A stretch of DNA of 64,000 bases from Candidatus Sericytochromatia bacterium. Lineage in GTDB: Bacteria; Cyanobacteriota; Sericytochromatia; S15B-MN24; UBA4093. Position numbers and translations under genes: made by a program. Within the stretch, counting starts at the first letter, position 1. The number at the start of each line of letters is the position of its first letter. Where the stretch lies: contig JAKFBU010000030.1 in assembly GCA_036676985.1 (NCBI GenBank), positions 86,494-150,493 of the forward strand, read 5' to 3'. Positions 34,757 to 43,381 of this stretch are shown here, one piece after another. The notes under the pieces were generated by a model. It did no database searches. It had not been told where the DNA came from and saw only the letters and a list, made by a program, of their open reading frames with translations.

Positions 34757-35884
34757 TCAGGCGTCGTGCAGGTACGCCTCGACCAGGAGGTCGTTGCCGA
34801 GGGTGGTGCTGCGCATCTTGTAGAGGGGGACCGCCTCGTCCACCAGGCTCACGCCCAGACCCTCGACCGGGGTGGGCGACGACTGACCGCCGATGATGAT
34901 GGGGGCGATGGTGCAGTAGAGCTTGTCGACGATGCCGGCCGAGAGCGCCGCGGCGTTGAGGTTGCCGCCGCCCTCCACCAGGATGCTCGTGACCTCGCGC
35001 CGGCCCAGGATCTGCATGAGCTTGTTGAGATCCACATGGGAGTCGAACACGCCGCCCGTCTCGGGGGCGACCAGGATCTCGGCGCCCACCGCCTGCAGGG
35101 CGCGGATGCGGTCCTCGGGGGCGTGCTTGGTGACCACGACGATGGTGTTGGGGCGCAACAGCCCCGTGCTGCCGGCCTTGGCCAGCACCTTGCAGGTGAC
35201 GGGCGTGCGCGCCATGGAGTCGATGACGATGCGCAGGGGGTTGCGGGCGCGCGGCAGGGTGCAGACCACGTCGGGGTCGTCCTGCAGCACCGTGTTGATG
35301 CCGACCATGACCGCGTCGTAGGTGGCGCGCAGCGCCTGCAGCTGGGCGACGGACTCGGCGCCGCCGATGTACTGGCTCTCGCCCACGGCGGTCGCGATCT
35401 TGCCGTCGAGGCTCATGGCGGTGCGCAGGGCGACGAAGGGACGCTTGGTGGTGATGTACTTGTAGAAGACCTCGTTGAGCTGACGGGCGCGCTCGCGCTC
35501 GATGCCCACCTCGACGTCGAGGCCGGCGTGCTTGAGGGCCTGGATGCCCCGTCCCGCGGTCAACGGGTTGCCGTCCTCGCTGGCGACCACCACGCGCGCG
35601 ATGCCGGCGGCCACGATGCGCTGCACGCAGGTCGCGGCCCGCCCCGCGAGCCCGCACGGCTCGATGGTCACGTAGAGCGTGCCGCCCTCGGCGGACTCGC
35701 CGGCCGCATCCAGCGCGAAGATCTCCGCGTGGGACTGCCCCACCTGAGGGTGGAACCCCTCTCCCACCACCTGGTCGCCCTTGACGACGACCGCGCCGGA
35801 CATCGGGTTGGGACTGGTCCAGCCGCGTCCCTGCTGCGCGAGTTCGATGGCCCGTTGCATGTAGATGGAGTCGGCGTTCATCAT
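34757..35884 (-). CDS. ribD: Bifunctional riboflavin deaminase/reductase RibD
   Basis: TSPNP, HAE, EPC..C zinc motifs; SLDGKIAT, VGINTVLQDDP, ILVEGG reductase motifs. Confidence 0.93.
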   Translation of the reverse strand: MMNADSIYMQRAIELAQQGRGWTSPNPMSGAVVVKGDQVVGEGFHPQVGQSHAEIFALDAAGESAEGGTLYVTIEPCGLAGRAATCVQRIVAAGIARVVVASEDGNPLTAGRGIQALKHAGLDVEVGIERERARQLNEVFYKYITTKRPFVALRTAMSLDGKIATAVGESQYIGGAESVAQLQALRATYDAVMVGINTVLQDDPDVVCTLPRARNPLRIVIDSMARTPVTCKVLAKAGSTGLLRPNTIVVVTKHAPEDRIRALQAVGAEILVAPETGGVFDSHVDLNKLMQILGRREVTSILVEGGGNLNAAALSAGIVDKLYCTIAPIIIGGQSSPTPVEGLGVSLVDEAVPLYKMRSTTLGNDLLVEAYLHDA

Positions 35885-36102
35885 CGACGTAACTTTCTAC
35901 CAGTAGGGGGATCCCGGCGGGTCGCTCATGCGGCTGCAATGAGGTCACCAATTGGGTTTGCGGGCAATTCAGCCCGGGTCGAACCCACGGTATCATACCC
36001 AATCCATGGGCGCCATCACAAGGCTGGCGAACGTCCAGGCGCCAGGCCGTGCACCGGCATGGTATGCTGACCGACGTTCGCTGCCCGGAGAGGAGACTCC
36101 CA

Positions 36103-36555
36103 ATGAAGGTACTGGCGACCACCGATGGCTCCGAGTTCTCTCTCGAGGCCCTGCGCCGCCTCGGCACGTTGTTGCCGCGCGAGGGGACCGAGGTCCTCCT
36201 GTTGACTGTCTTTCCCAGCCCGGGAGGCGGGGCCCTGACCATGATCGGGCCACCCTACATCGACTACACCGAGCTCTCCGCGCAGATCCGTCAGGAGGCC
36301 GAGGGGATCGCCGCCCAGGGCGCCAAGGTCCTCCAGGATCAGGGCTTCCGGGTGGAGGCCGAGGTGCGTGAGGGCGACCCGGCGAGCATCATCCTGGATC
36401 GGGCCGCCGAGGCACACACCGACGTGATCGTCGTGGGCTCCCACGGTCGCAGCGGCATCGCGCGCTTCTTCCTGGGCAGCGTCTCGTCGCGGGTGGTCTC
36501 CCATGCCCCATGCTCGGTGCTCGTCATCAAGCACACCCAGGCAGGACGCTCCTGA
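36103..36555 (+). CDS. Universal stress protein
   Basis: KVLATTDGS..GDPA..DVIVVGSHGRSGIARFFLGSVSSRVVSHAPCSVLVI. Confidence 0.93.
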   Translation: MKVLATTDGSEFSLEALRRLGTLLPREGTEVLLLTVFPSPGGGALTMIGPPYIDYTELSAQIRQEAEGIAAQGAKVLQDQGFRVEAEVREGDPASIILDRAAEAHTDVIVVGSHGRSGIARFFLGSVSSRVVSHAPCSVLVIKHTQAGRS

Positions 36556-36715
36556 GGGCACCTCATGACACCAGGCACGAATCGCCGATGGCCGCCTTTC
36601 AACGGCTTGCAAACCGAGTTGTCAGGCATCCTGAATCGGTAGGACCGTCGCCGGGTGGGTATAATGCACCGGATTCCTGCTTGCCCCCTCTGAATGGAAG
36701 GACACCCGGCCTCTC

Positions 36716-38098
36716 ATGAAATTCTCCTTTCTGGACCGTCTGCTCGGCGCTTTCGGGGGCAAGAAGAAGAAACGCAAGAAGGGCTCCAAGGGAAAAGGCA
36801 AGGTCAAGGCCCGCCGCGTCCCCACCTCCATGGAAAAGACGGTGCCGCGTGCCGCCGAGGCTCCGATCGCGCCGCCTTCGCCCGAGCCCATCGTCACGCC
36901 GGTTGCCGACACGCTCGACTCGTTCATCGACACCTTGGGTGACCCGGCCCCGGCTCCGATGGAGGCCGTGGCTCCCGAGCCCGCGATCGCACCGGAACCC
37001 GTGGCGCCGCCCGCTCCCGAGCCGGCGGCAGTGGCGACGCCCGCCCAGGACGATGTTCTGACGGCCGCCCTCAAGAGCGGGGACGCCGAGCATCTCGCCC
37101 GCACGGTCGAGGCCATGGCACAGTCGGCCCGGGCTCTGCAGGCAGCTGCCCAGGACAAGCGCCAGCTGTTTGCGAGTTATCAGTCGCAGCTCGAGCGCGC
37201 GAGCGGGTCGCGCGACTTCATGACGCTGGCCTTCGTGGGCTCCAGCCTCATCGTGGACGCCTCGTTCTTCCGGGACGAGCTCATCGCGCAGTCGGCCCAG
37301 GTGGTCGAGCTCGCCGGCAAGGTCGCGGGCACCCCCATCAAGAAGGCGCAGGGCCCCGTCGAGGAGTTCGCGGCCCTCTGCGAGACCTTCTTCGCCGGCA
37401 TCACCAAGAAGCACAAGATGCTCGAGATGCTCGACGGCAAGCTCATCAAGGCCCACCAGAACAAGGACTTCGCCACCCTCTCCGACATCACTGGCGCGCT
37501 CTCGCGCGACGCCATGATCCTCGCGAGCCTCATGGCCAACGCCTCCGAGGTCGGTGCGAGCAGCCAGACCGGCCTGACGGCGACCACCAGCAGCGAGAAG
37601 GCCGCCCAGATCGATCAGCAGGTGGCCCAGCTTCACCAGGCCATCCTCGACCAGAAGTACGCGGCGATCGCCGACATCTCGCGCATCGTGAGCCTCAACG
37701 CGGGCGTGCTCGCCGATCCCTCCACGAGCAAGGCCGCGCAGATCCTCCAGCTGGGCCAGCAGCTCCAGCAGGGGATGAAGGCTTCGCCCGAGAATCCGGC
37801 CAACACCATGGTCTGCGCCAACCTCGCCAAGGTCTCGAGCGTCTTCAACGGTCCGCTCATGGACAAGGCGAGCCAGCTCGAGGGCCAGGTGAACCAGCTC
37901 CTGGCGGCCCTCAATGCCTTCGATCAGTCGAAGATGTTCTCGCTGGCCGTGACCATCGCCCGCTCGGGTGCCATCCTGACGGATGCCACCATCCAGAAGG
38001 CCTCCCTCTTGGCCGGCTACGTGCCGCGCGTGGAGTCGTCCTTGAAGCGCAAGGACTTCCAGGGGGCGGCCTCGGCGCTCAAGAGCGCGATGTCCTAA
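36716..38098 (+). CDS. Hypothetical alpha-helical repeat protein with polybasic N-terminus
   Basis: Long ORF with typical codon bias; KKKKRKKGSKGKGK; Pro/Ala/Glu linker; helical repeats. Confidence 0.7.
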   Translation: MKFSFLDRLLGAFGGKKKKRKKGSKGKGKVKARRVPTSMEKTVPRAAEAPIAPPSPEPIVTPVADTLDSFIDTLGDPAPAPMEAVAPEPAIAPEPVAPPAPEPAAVATPAQDDVLTAALKSGDAEHLARTVEAMAQSARALQAAAQDKRQLFASYQSQLERASGSRDFMTLAFVGSSLIVDASFFRDELIAQSAQVVELAGKVAGTPIKKAQGPVEEFAALCETFFAGITKKHKMLEMLDGKLIKAHQNKDFATLSDITGALSRDAMILASLMANASEVGASSQTGLTATTSSEKAAQIDQQVAQLHQAILDQKYAAIADISRIVSLNAGVLADPSTSKAAQILQLGQQLQQGMKASPENPANTMVCANLAKVSSVFNGPLMDKASQLEGQVNQLLAALNAFDQSKMFSLAVTIARSGAILTDATIQKASLLAGYVPRVESSLKRKDFQGAASALKSAMS

Positions 38099-38137
38099 AG
38101 GAACCGTTCATCTTTCGACCAGGCTCAAGATGAACGG
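38098..38137. repeat. REP-like palindrome, family B (GGAACCGTTC..TTTCGAC..GCTCAAG..GAACGG)
   Basis: Near-identical to 47680-47719 and inverted 47817-47856. Confidence 0.75.
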
Positions 38138-38193
38138 AGTTGAAGGGGGACAGTAACTTCCCTTCAGGATTGAAAAGCAAAGCTTCGCTTCGT

Positions 38194-39378
38194 TTAATCC
38201 CGATCCAGCGCCTCGTTGGCGAGCGCATCCGCCCGCTGGTTCTGCGCGCGGGGCACGTGCTCCAGCCGGTAGGTCTCGAAGGATCTCAGCTCGTCCATGG
38301 CCTCTCGATACAGCGGCTTCAAGGCCTCGCTCTTGATCGAATAGGCCCCCTTGAGCTGCTTGATCATCAGCTCGCTGTCGGCCCGCACCACGAGCCGCCG
38401 GATGCCGAGCTCGCGCGCGGCCACCAGCCCCGCGACGAGCGCCCGGTACTCGGCCACGTTGTTCGTCACCACCCCCAGCCGCTCCGAGCGCTCCGCCACG
38501 ACCTCCCCGCCGGGTGCCACCAGCACCGCGCCGAGCGCTGCCGGGCCCGGGTTCCCGCGCGAGGCGCCGTCGCTGTAGAGGACGTACCAGGCCTCGGCGT
38601 CGATGGCCTTCGGCGCGGGGGCTTCCAGCCCCTCCAGCCGCTCCGGAAGCTCCCAGACGCCCGCGAGCACCACGTCCGCCTCGGCCTCGAGCATTTCATG
38701 TGAGCTCACGCCCGAGGTCACGGCGATGGCCCCCGCCGCCGCGGCCGCACGCGCCATGCGCACGTCATTGAGCGCGTCCCCGACCATCCAGGCCGCCTCG
38801 GGACGAACGCCGAGCACCCGGCAGGCCTCGAGGAAGAGGTCCGGATGCGGCTTGTTCCGGCGCACGGCATCCGCGCCGAGCACCGCTCCGAAGTAGCGAT
38901 CGATGCCCAGGAGCTTCAGGTCGCGGACGGCGTTGGCCGTGAGGTCCGTGGTCGCCACGGCCAGCTTGAGGCCCATGGCCGCAAGCTCCGCACAGGCCGC
39001 CTGCAGGTTGCCCGTCGGTCGCACCAGGACGGCCGGATCCACCTGGGACTCGGCCTCGTCGAAGGCGGCCTCGGCGATCGCCCGGGCGTCGAGCCAGCCC
39101 ATGCCTCGTTCATAGAGAAAGGCCGCCGTGATCGTCAGCTCCTCGACCCGGGTGCCGGTGGCGAGGGGGCCCGTGGGGTCGATGTCGCCGCCGGGCACGC
39201 CCATGGCCCGCAGGAGGGCCGCGACGTCGTCGGCCATGAGGTCGGCCCGTCGGGCGACGGCCTCGGCGCGGGCCGTGGCCATGGCGCACCAGTAGCGCGC
39301 GAAGTCGACGAGCACCCCGTCCTTGTCGAAGACGACGGCCTCGGCTGGTCGGATGTCCGACCCACGCAGCCCGACCAC
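38194..39378 (-). CDS. rnhA: HAD-family phosphatase fused to C-terminal ribonuclease HI
   Basis: GTG start overlaps upstream stop; FDKDG, ATTD, KPHPD, MVGDALND (HAD); YSDGASRGNPGPAA, NNVAEY, DSEL, NQRADALAN (RNase HI). Confidence 0.85.
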   Translation of the reverse strand: MVGLRGSDIRPAEAVVFDKDGVLVDFARYWCAMATARAEAVARRADLMADDVAALLRAMGVPGGDIDPTGPLATGTRVEELTITAAFLYERGMGWLDARAIAEAAFDEAESQVDPAVLVRPTGNLQAACAELAAMGLKLAVATTDLTANAVRDLKLLGIDRYFGAVLGADAVRRNKPHPDLFLEACRVLGVRPEAAWMVGDALNDVRMARAAAAAGAIAVTSGVSSHEMLEAEADVVLAGVWELPERLEGLEAPAPKAIDAEAWYVLYSDGASRGNPGPAALGAVLVAPGGEVVAERSERLGVVTNNVAEYRALVAGLVAARELGIRRLVVRADSELMIKQLKGAYSIKSEALKPLYREAMDELRSFETYRLEHVPRAQNQRADALANEALDRD

Positions 39379-41120
39379 TAGTCGCGCTTCTCCTTGAGGT
39401 CCGTCGTGGGGCCGACCGGGGGCATGCTCGACGGCACGTAACGCGTGGCCGTGACCCGCTGAGCGTTGGCCCGGGTGAGGGCCTCGGCGTACTCCAGGCG
39501 GTGGGCGACCTCCTCGGCCACATGCGCGCTCAGGGTCCGGTTCTTGGCCATCTCGCGGCCGAGGGCCTTGAGGTCGTTGAGCCTGGCGATGAGGGAGGAA
39601 TTCTGCCAGTAGGGGGCCGTGTGCAGGGGCAGGGACTGCTGGATCTTCTTGAGCTCCGCGCGCAGGACCGCCACGCTCGCCGCGCCCTCCACGTCCGTCG
39701 TGCCCTGGATGGGTCCCAGGTACTGGTTGTCGAGCTCCACGAGCGTGCGCCGCACCCCGTGGATCACGAAGCGATGGGGCGGCATGGCCGGACGACGGAA
39801 CGGTCCGGCCGCCAGGGCCTCCAGCATGCCGGGCTTGAGGTGGGCGAGCGCGAAGATGAGGACGCCCGGCTGGTTCTTGGCGTCCAGGAACTCCACCTGG
39901 TCCAGGGTCTCCGTGAGCACGTCCTGCATGCGCAGGGGCCCCAGGATGGGATACAGCAAGTTCGTCCGGGTCCAGTTGTCCGTCTCCCAGCCGATCCAGG
40001 TGTTGAGGTCGCTGGTCTTGGACGTGTAGAGCATGGACGTCGTGAAGTCGATCCAGGCGTTGTTGGACCAGTGGCGCCAGTGCTGCATCTTGCTCAGACG
40101 GGCGTACTTCTCGCCGCGGAAGGTCGAGGCCGAGACCTGGAAGTTGGGGTTCTTGGCCTTCACCTTCTGGGCGATTGTCTGCACCGTCAGGTTGACCTGC
40201 TCTTCGCGCCAGAGCTGGTACTCCAGCCACTCCTGCGAGTAAGGCTTGAGGGGCCAGCTCGGGAACATGCCATGCCGGGCGTTGTACTCGAAGCCGAAGG
40301 TGGTCTGGCTGATCCAGTCGTCGGGCGTCTCCTCGTCGTAGCGGATGTAATCCAGGAGGAGGCCGTCCAGGTCGTAGCGATCCGTCAGCTCGTCGATGAG
40401 GCCGTAGACCCACTCGCGCGCCCGCGGGTCGGCGGGCGAGAGAAAGCGCGGGTCTTCGGTCTTGCCGCCACGGGCGGCGAGCGCCGGCATCTTGGAGAGC
40501 ACCGGGTCCCCGAAGCCGGGCGACTTGACCCTGAAGACCCAGATCCAGGGATGGACCTCCATCCCGCGGCGGTGGGCCTCGGTGACGAGCACGGAGAGGA
40601 GGTCCTGCGGGATGGCGGCGAACTCGGGGTCCCGGTCCGTGTAGCGGCTGGGGTACATGGTGTAGCCGCGCCGGAAGACCTCCGGGATGAGCATGTTGAA
40701 GTTGGCCTTGTGGAGCTCCTCGACGAGCTGCTTGACGCCCTCGGGGGTCTTGGGCATGGAGCCCGCGTCGATGAAGAGGCCGCGCGCCTCGACGGTGCGC
40801 GATCGCATGGTCCCCACCCAGGCCAGATCGAGGCTCGACTTGGCCTTGCCGAGCCACTCCTCGATGCGCTTGGGGTCCTCGCGCATGGTCGACAGCAGGC
40901 TCGCGGTGTCGAGGGCCATCTTGCCCAGCGTCAGGTCCACCTCGGCCCGGCCCAGGGGCACGTCCAGCATGCGCGCGCGCGCCGAGGCGACGCGGGCCTC
41001 GATCTTGGCGTGGCGATCGCGCATGGCCGCCACCTGGTCCTCCACGGGGCCCGCGAGGGCGGGCGTCGGTAGGAGCAGCAGCGTGGTCAGGACCAGAGCG
41101 AGGAGTCGGGAAGTGCGCAA
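39378..41120 (-). CDS. Exported GHL10 (DUF187) glycoside hydrolase-like protein
   Basis: Signal peptide; EARGLFID, G.T.YPS, AHRRGMEVHPW, YDLDGLLLDYIRY, Q.W..W. Confidence 0.85.
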   Translation of the reverse strand: MRTSRLLALVLTTLLLLPTPALAGPVEDQVAAMRDRHAKIEARVASARARMLDVPLGRAEVDLTLGKMALDTASLLSTMREDPKRIEEWLGKAKSSLDLAWVGTMRSRTVEARGLFIDAGSMPKTPEGVKQLVEELHKANFNMLIPEVFRRGYTMYPSRYTDRDPEFAAIPQDLLSVLVTEAHRRGMEVHPWIWVFRVKSPGFGDPVLSKMPALAARGGKTEDPRFLSPADPRAREWVYGLIDELTDRYDLDGLLLDYIRYDEETPDDWISQTTFGFEYNARHGMFPSWPLKPYSQEWLEYQLWREEQVNLTVQTIAQKVKAKNPNFQVSASTFRGEKYARLSKMQHWRHWSNNAWIDFTTSMLYTSKTSDLNTWIGWETDNWTRTNLLYPILGPLRMQDVLTETLDQVEFLDAKNQPGVLIFALAHLKPGMLEALAAGPFRRPAMPPHRFVIHGVRRTLVELDNQYLGPIQGTTDVEGAASVAVLRAELKKIQQSLPLHTAPYWQNSSLIARLNDLKALGREMAKNRTLSAHVAEEVAHRLEYAEALTRANAQRVTATRYVPSSMPPVGPTTDLKEKRD

Positions 41121-41221
41121 CGCCAGAAACCTTCCAGAGTGGGGAGTACAGCGGCCCGAGGCCCTTCACTCTACCCGTCCGGGAGGCCCCCCGTCAACGG
41201 AACGACGCCGTCAGACAGCCA

Positions 41222-41250
41222 TTGTAAATTTATTTTAAGCCTGCTATTGT
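41222..41250 (+). promoter_or_regulatory. Putative leaderless promoter
   Basis: TTGTAA-17 nt-TATTGT (with TG extension), 6 nt to ATG 41257. Confidence 0.55.
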
Positions 41251-41256
41251 CCCCCT

Positions 41257-41931
41257 ATGCTAGAAGACGCCTGCGAGAGCCCGCGGCTGCTGGCGGCCGG
41301 GCAGCCCAAGCCGACTCCCTCCGTGCCGGACGCGGCGCGCCTGCTGGCCGCCGGCCGCGAAGCGTGCCACGTGCTGACCGAGGCGGGGATCCCGCACATG
41401 GTCGGCGGGGGGCTGGCCATCTGGGCCTACGGCCGCCGGCGGGCGACCAAGGACATCGACCTCTTCATCCCGCCCAAACTGCCCTATGTCGCGCTCGACG
41501 CCCTGGGCAAGCGCGGCTTCTTCACGCGCGATTCGGACGCGGGGTGGCTCTACAAGGCCTTCAAGCAGGAGGTCATGATCGACATCATCGTCTGGACCAC
41601 GGGCAACATCCGGGTGGACGACGAGTCGTTCCGCCGGGTGCGGCAGGTCCGGATCGACGGCCATCCGTTCACGATCATGGGGCCGGAGGACATGCTCTTC
41701 CGGAAGATCCTGTCGCACCGCGAGGAGCGCCGGGACTGGTACGACGGGCTCTCGATGCTGGAAGCGACGCCTGATCCGTTCGACTGGCAGTACTTCATGA
41801 GCCGGGTGGGGCCGTCGCATGTCCGGCGGGTGCTGTCGTTCCTGCTCTACGCCCAGTCGGAGCTCGGGCAGGAGGTCGTGCCCGCGGTGGTGATCGAGGA
41901 CCTGGTGACGGCGGTGTCGCTGGGGGTCTGA
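41257..41931 (+). CDS. Nucleotidyltransferase-family protein (Pol-beta-like)
   Basis: MVGGGLA..YG..RATKDIDLF motif, IDII third Asp. Confidence 0.8.
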   Translation: MLEDACESPRLLAAGQPKPTPSVPDAARLLAAGREACHVLTEAGIPHMVGGGLAIWAYGRRRATKDIDLFIPPKLPYVALDALGKRGFFTRDSDAGWLYKAFKQEVMIDIIVWTTGNIRVDDESFRRVRQVRIDGHPFTIMGPEDMLFRKILSHREERRDWYDGLSMLEATPDPFDWQYFMSRVGPSHVRRVLSFLLYAQSELGQEVVPAVVIEDLVTAVSLGV

Positions 41932-41951
41932 GTCTCAGGAGTCGCGACTTT

Positions 41952-42098
41952 TTACCCCCCCTTCCCCCCCTGCTTCGCAAGGGGGGCATAAAGAGTCCTG
42001 CTGCGCTGGAGTTTAAGGGTGAGCTTCCCCGACCAATCTGCCCCCGCCAGGGGGCCGTCCGCTAAAGCCCCCCTAGCGAAGCAGGGGGGGGGTGGTAA
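41952..42098. repeat. REPIN-like element: two inverted family A REP units
   Basis: CCCCCCTGCTTCGCAAGGGGGGC at left; inverted GCCCCCCTAGCGAAGCAGGGGGG at right; between convergent genes. Confidence 0.72.
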
Positions 42099-42115
42099 CT
42101 GGGTCGAGACAGCAC

Positions 42116-42853
42116 CTAGTGCTGCTCCACCGCCACCTGCGCCCGCTGCAGCTCGTACAGCGCATACGGCTGCCCGATGACCGGGATCGAGCAGTTGCGC
42201 ACCGGCACCCCGCCCGGCGTCGCCCCATGCTCGGTGCCCTTGTGGGCATGCCCGTGCAGGACCAGGTCCGCGCCGTGCTCGTCGATGGGCTCGCCCAGGA
42301 TCGACGACCCCAAGAACGGATACACGCCGACCGATTCCCCCTTGAGGGTCTCGGGAATGGGCGAGTAGTGCAACAGAACCACTCGGAAATCCGTCTCCAG
42401 CGTCCGCAGGCCCGTCTCGATGGACTGGGCGCAGGCGTAAGTCTCGCGGAGGAACATCTTGATCTCGGGCTCGCCGAAGGGCGCGATGCAGGCCTGCCCG
42501 AAGCCGCCCGCGAAGCCCTTGGTGCCGATCACGCCCAGCGTCTCGCCGCGCACCTCCACCACCGTACTCTCCTTCTCGAGCACGATGGCCCCGGCGTCCT
42601 CCAGGATCTCCCGCACCACCTCCGGCTGCTCGTTGTGGTAGTCGTGGTTGCCGAAGACGCACAGGATGGGGATCCTGAGGCACGCGAGCTCCCTGGCGAG
42701 CACCACCGCCTCGTCCCGCTCGCCCCAGTTCGTCAGATCCCCCGCCATCAGGAAGACGTCCGCCTCCTGGTTGAGGCGATCGAGCCAAGGCGAGAACAGC
42801 CCGACCGAATCCGCCCGACAGTGCAGGTCACCCGCCGCTGCCACTCTGATCAT
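42116..42853 (-). CDS. Calcineurin-like metallophosphoesterase (Icc-like)
   Basis: GDLH, AGDLT, GNHD, LLHY, HGHAH motifs. Confidence 0.9.
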   Translation of the reverse strand: MIRVAAAGDLHCRADSVGLFSPWLDRLNQEADVFLMAGDLTNWGERDEAVVLARELACLRIPILCVFGNHDYHNEQPEVVREILEDAGAIVLEKESTVVEVRGETLGVIGTKGFAGGFGQACIAPFGEPEIKMFLRETYACAQSIETGLRTLETDFRVVLLHYSPIPETLKGESVGVYPFLGSSILGEPIDEHGADLVLHGHAHKGTEHGATPGGVPVRNCSIPVIGQPYALYELQRAQVAVEQH

Positions 42854-43119
42854 TTCCGGCGCCCCTCCCCCACGATCGTCTCGGGCTCGTGCGGCGCATG
42901 GATGGTGCGTACGTGGGTGCGATTGAGGAAGTCGGCGGCCTCCGGGATGCCCTTCAGCACCTCGCTCACCGCCTGCTGCTGCTCGACGGAGTTGACCTCT
43001 CCGGTCACCACCCCCCGCCCCTGGTCCGTGAACTGGATCTGCAGGTCGCCCGTCAGGCCGACCCGCTCGTCCGTGGCGAGGGCGGTCCGCACCTTCGTGA
43101 GCAGGTAGACTCGTTCCAT
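42850..43119 (-). CDS. BON-domain-like small protein
   Basis: VRTALATDERV...VVTGEV...V..IP.A....N; ATGA overlap with next gene. Confidence 0.65.
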   Translation of the reverse strand: MERVYLLTKVRTALATDERVGLTGDLQIQFTDQGRGVVTGEVNSVEQQQAVSEVLKGIPEAADFLNRTHVRTIHAPHEPETIVGEGRRK

Positions 43120-43381
43120 GGTCTGGCCCAGCCTTTCCAGCCGTCCCCCCGACCGCTCATCCGTGAAGATAGATTAAGTGTAGGGGCATTGATTGGGCCT
43201 TACAACCCAGGCTGGTCCGCTCTGTGGTTGACTTTTCGCCGTTTCGTTAAGTAATATAAACCAGCTTTGAGACACCCGGTCCTGGGTGGGTGGAGCGCGG
43301 GTCGGGTGACCCCGGCGCCCCCAGCGTAGCGAGAGCAGCGCGCGGCCGCCGCGCGCGAAGGATCGTCGCAAAGGTGGAGCG

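Noticed and set aside
35885-36100. FMN riboswitch upstream of ribD
   Set aside because: Conserved RFN sequence motifs not recognisable
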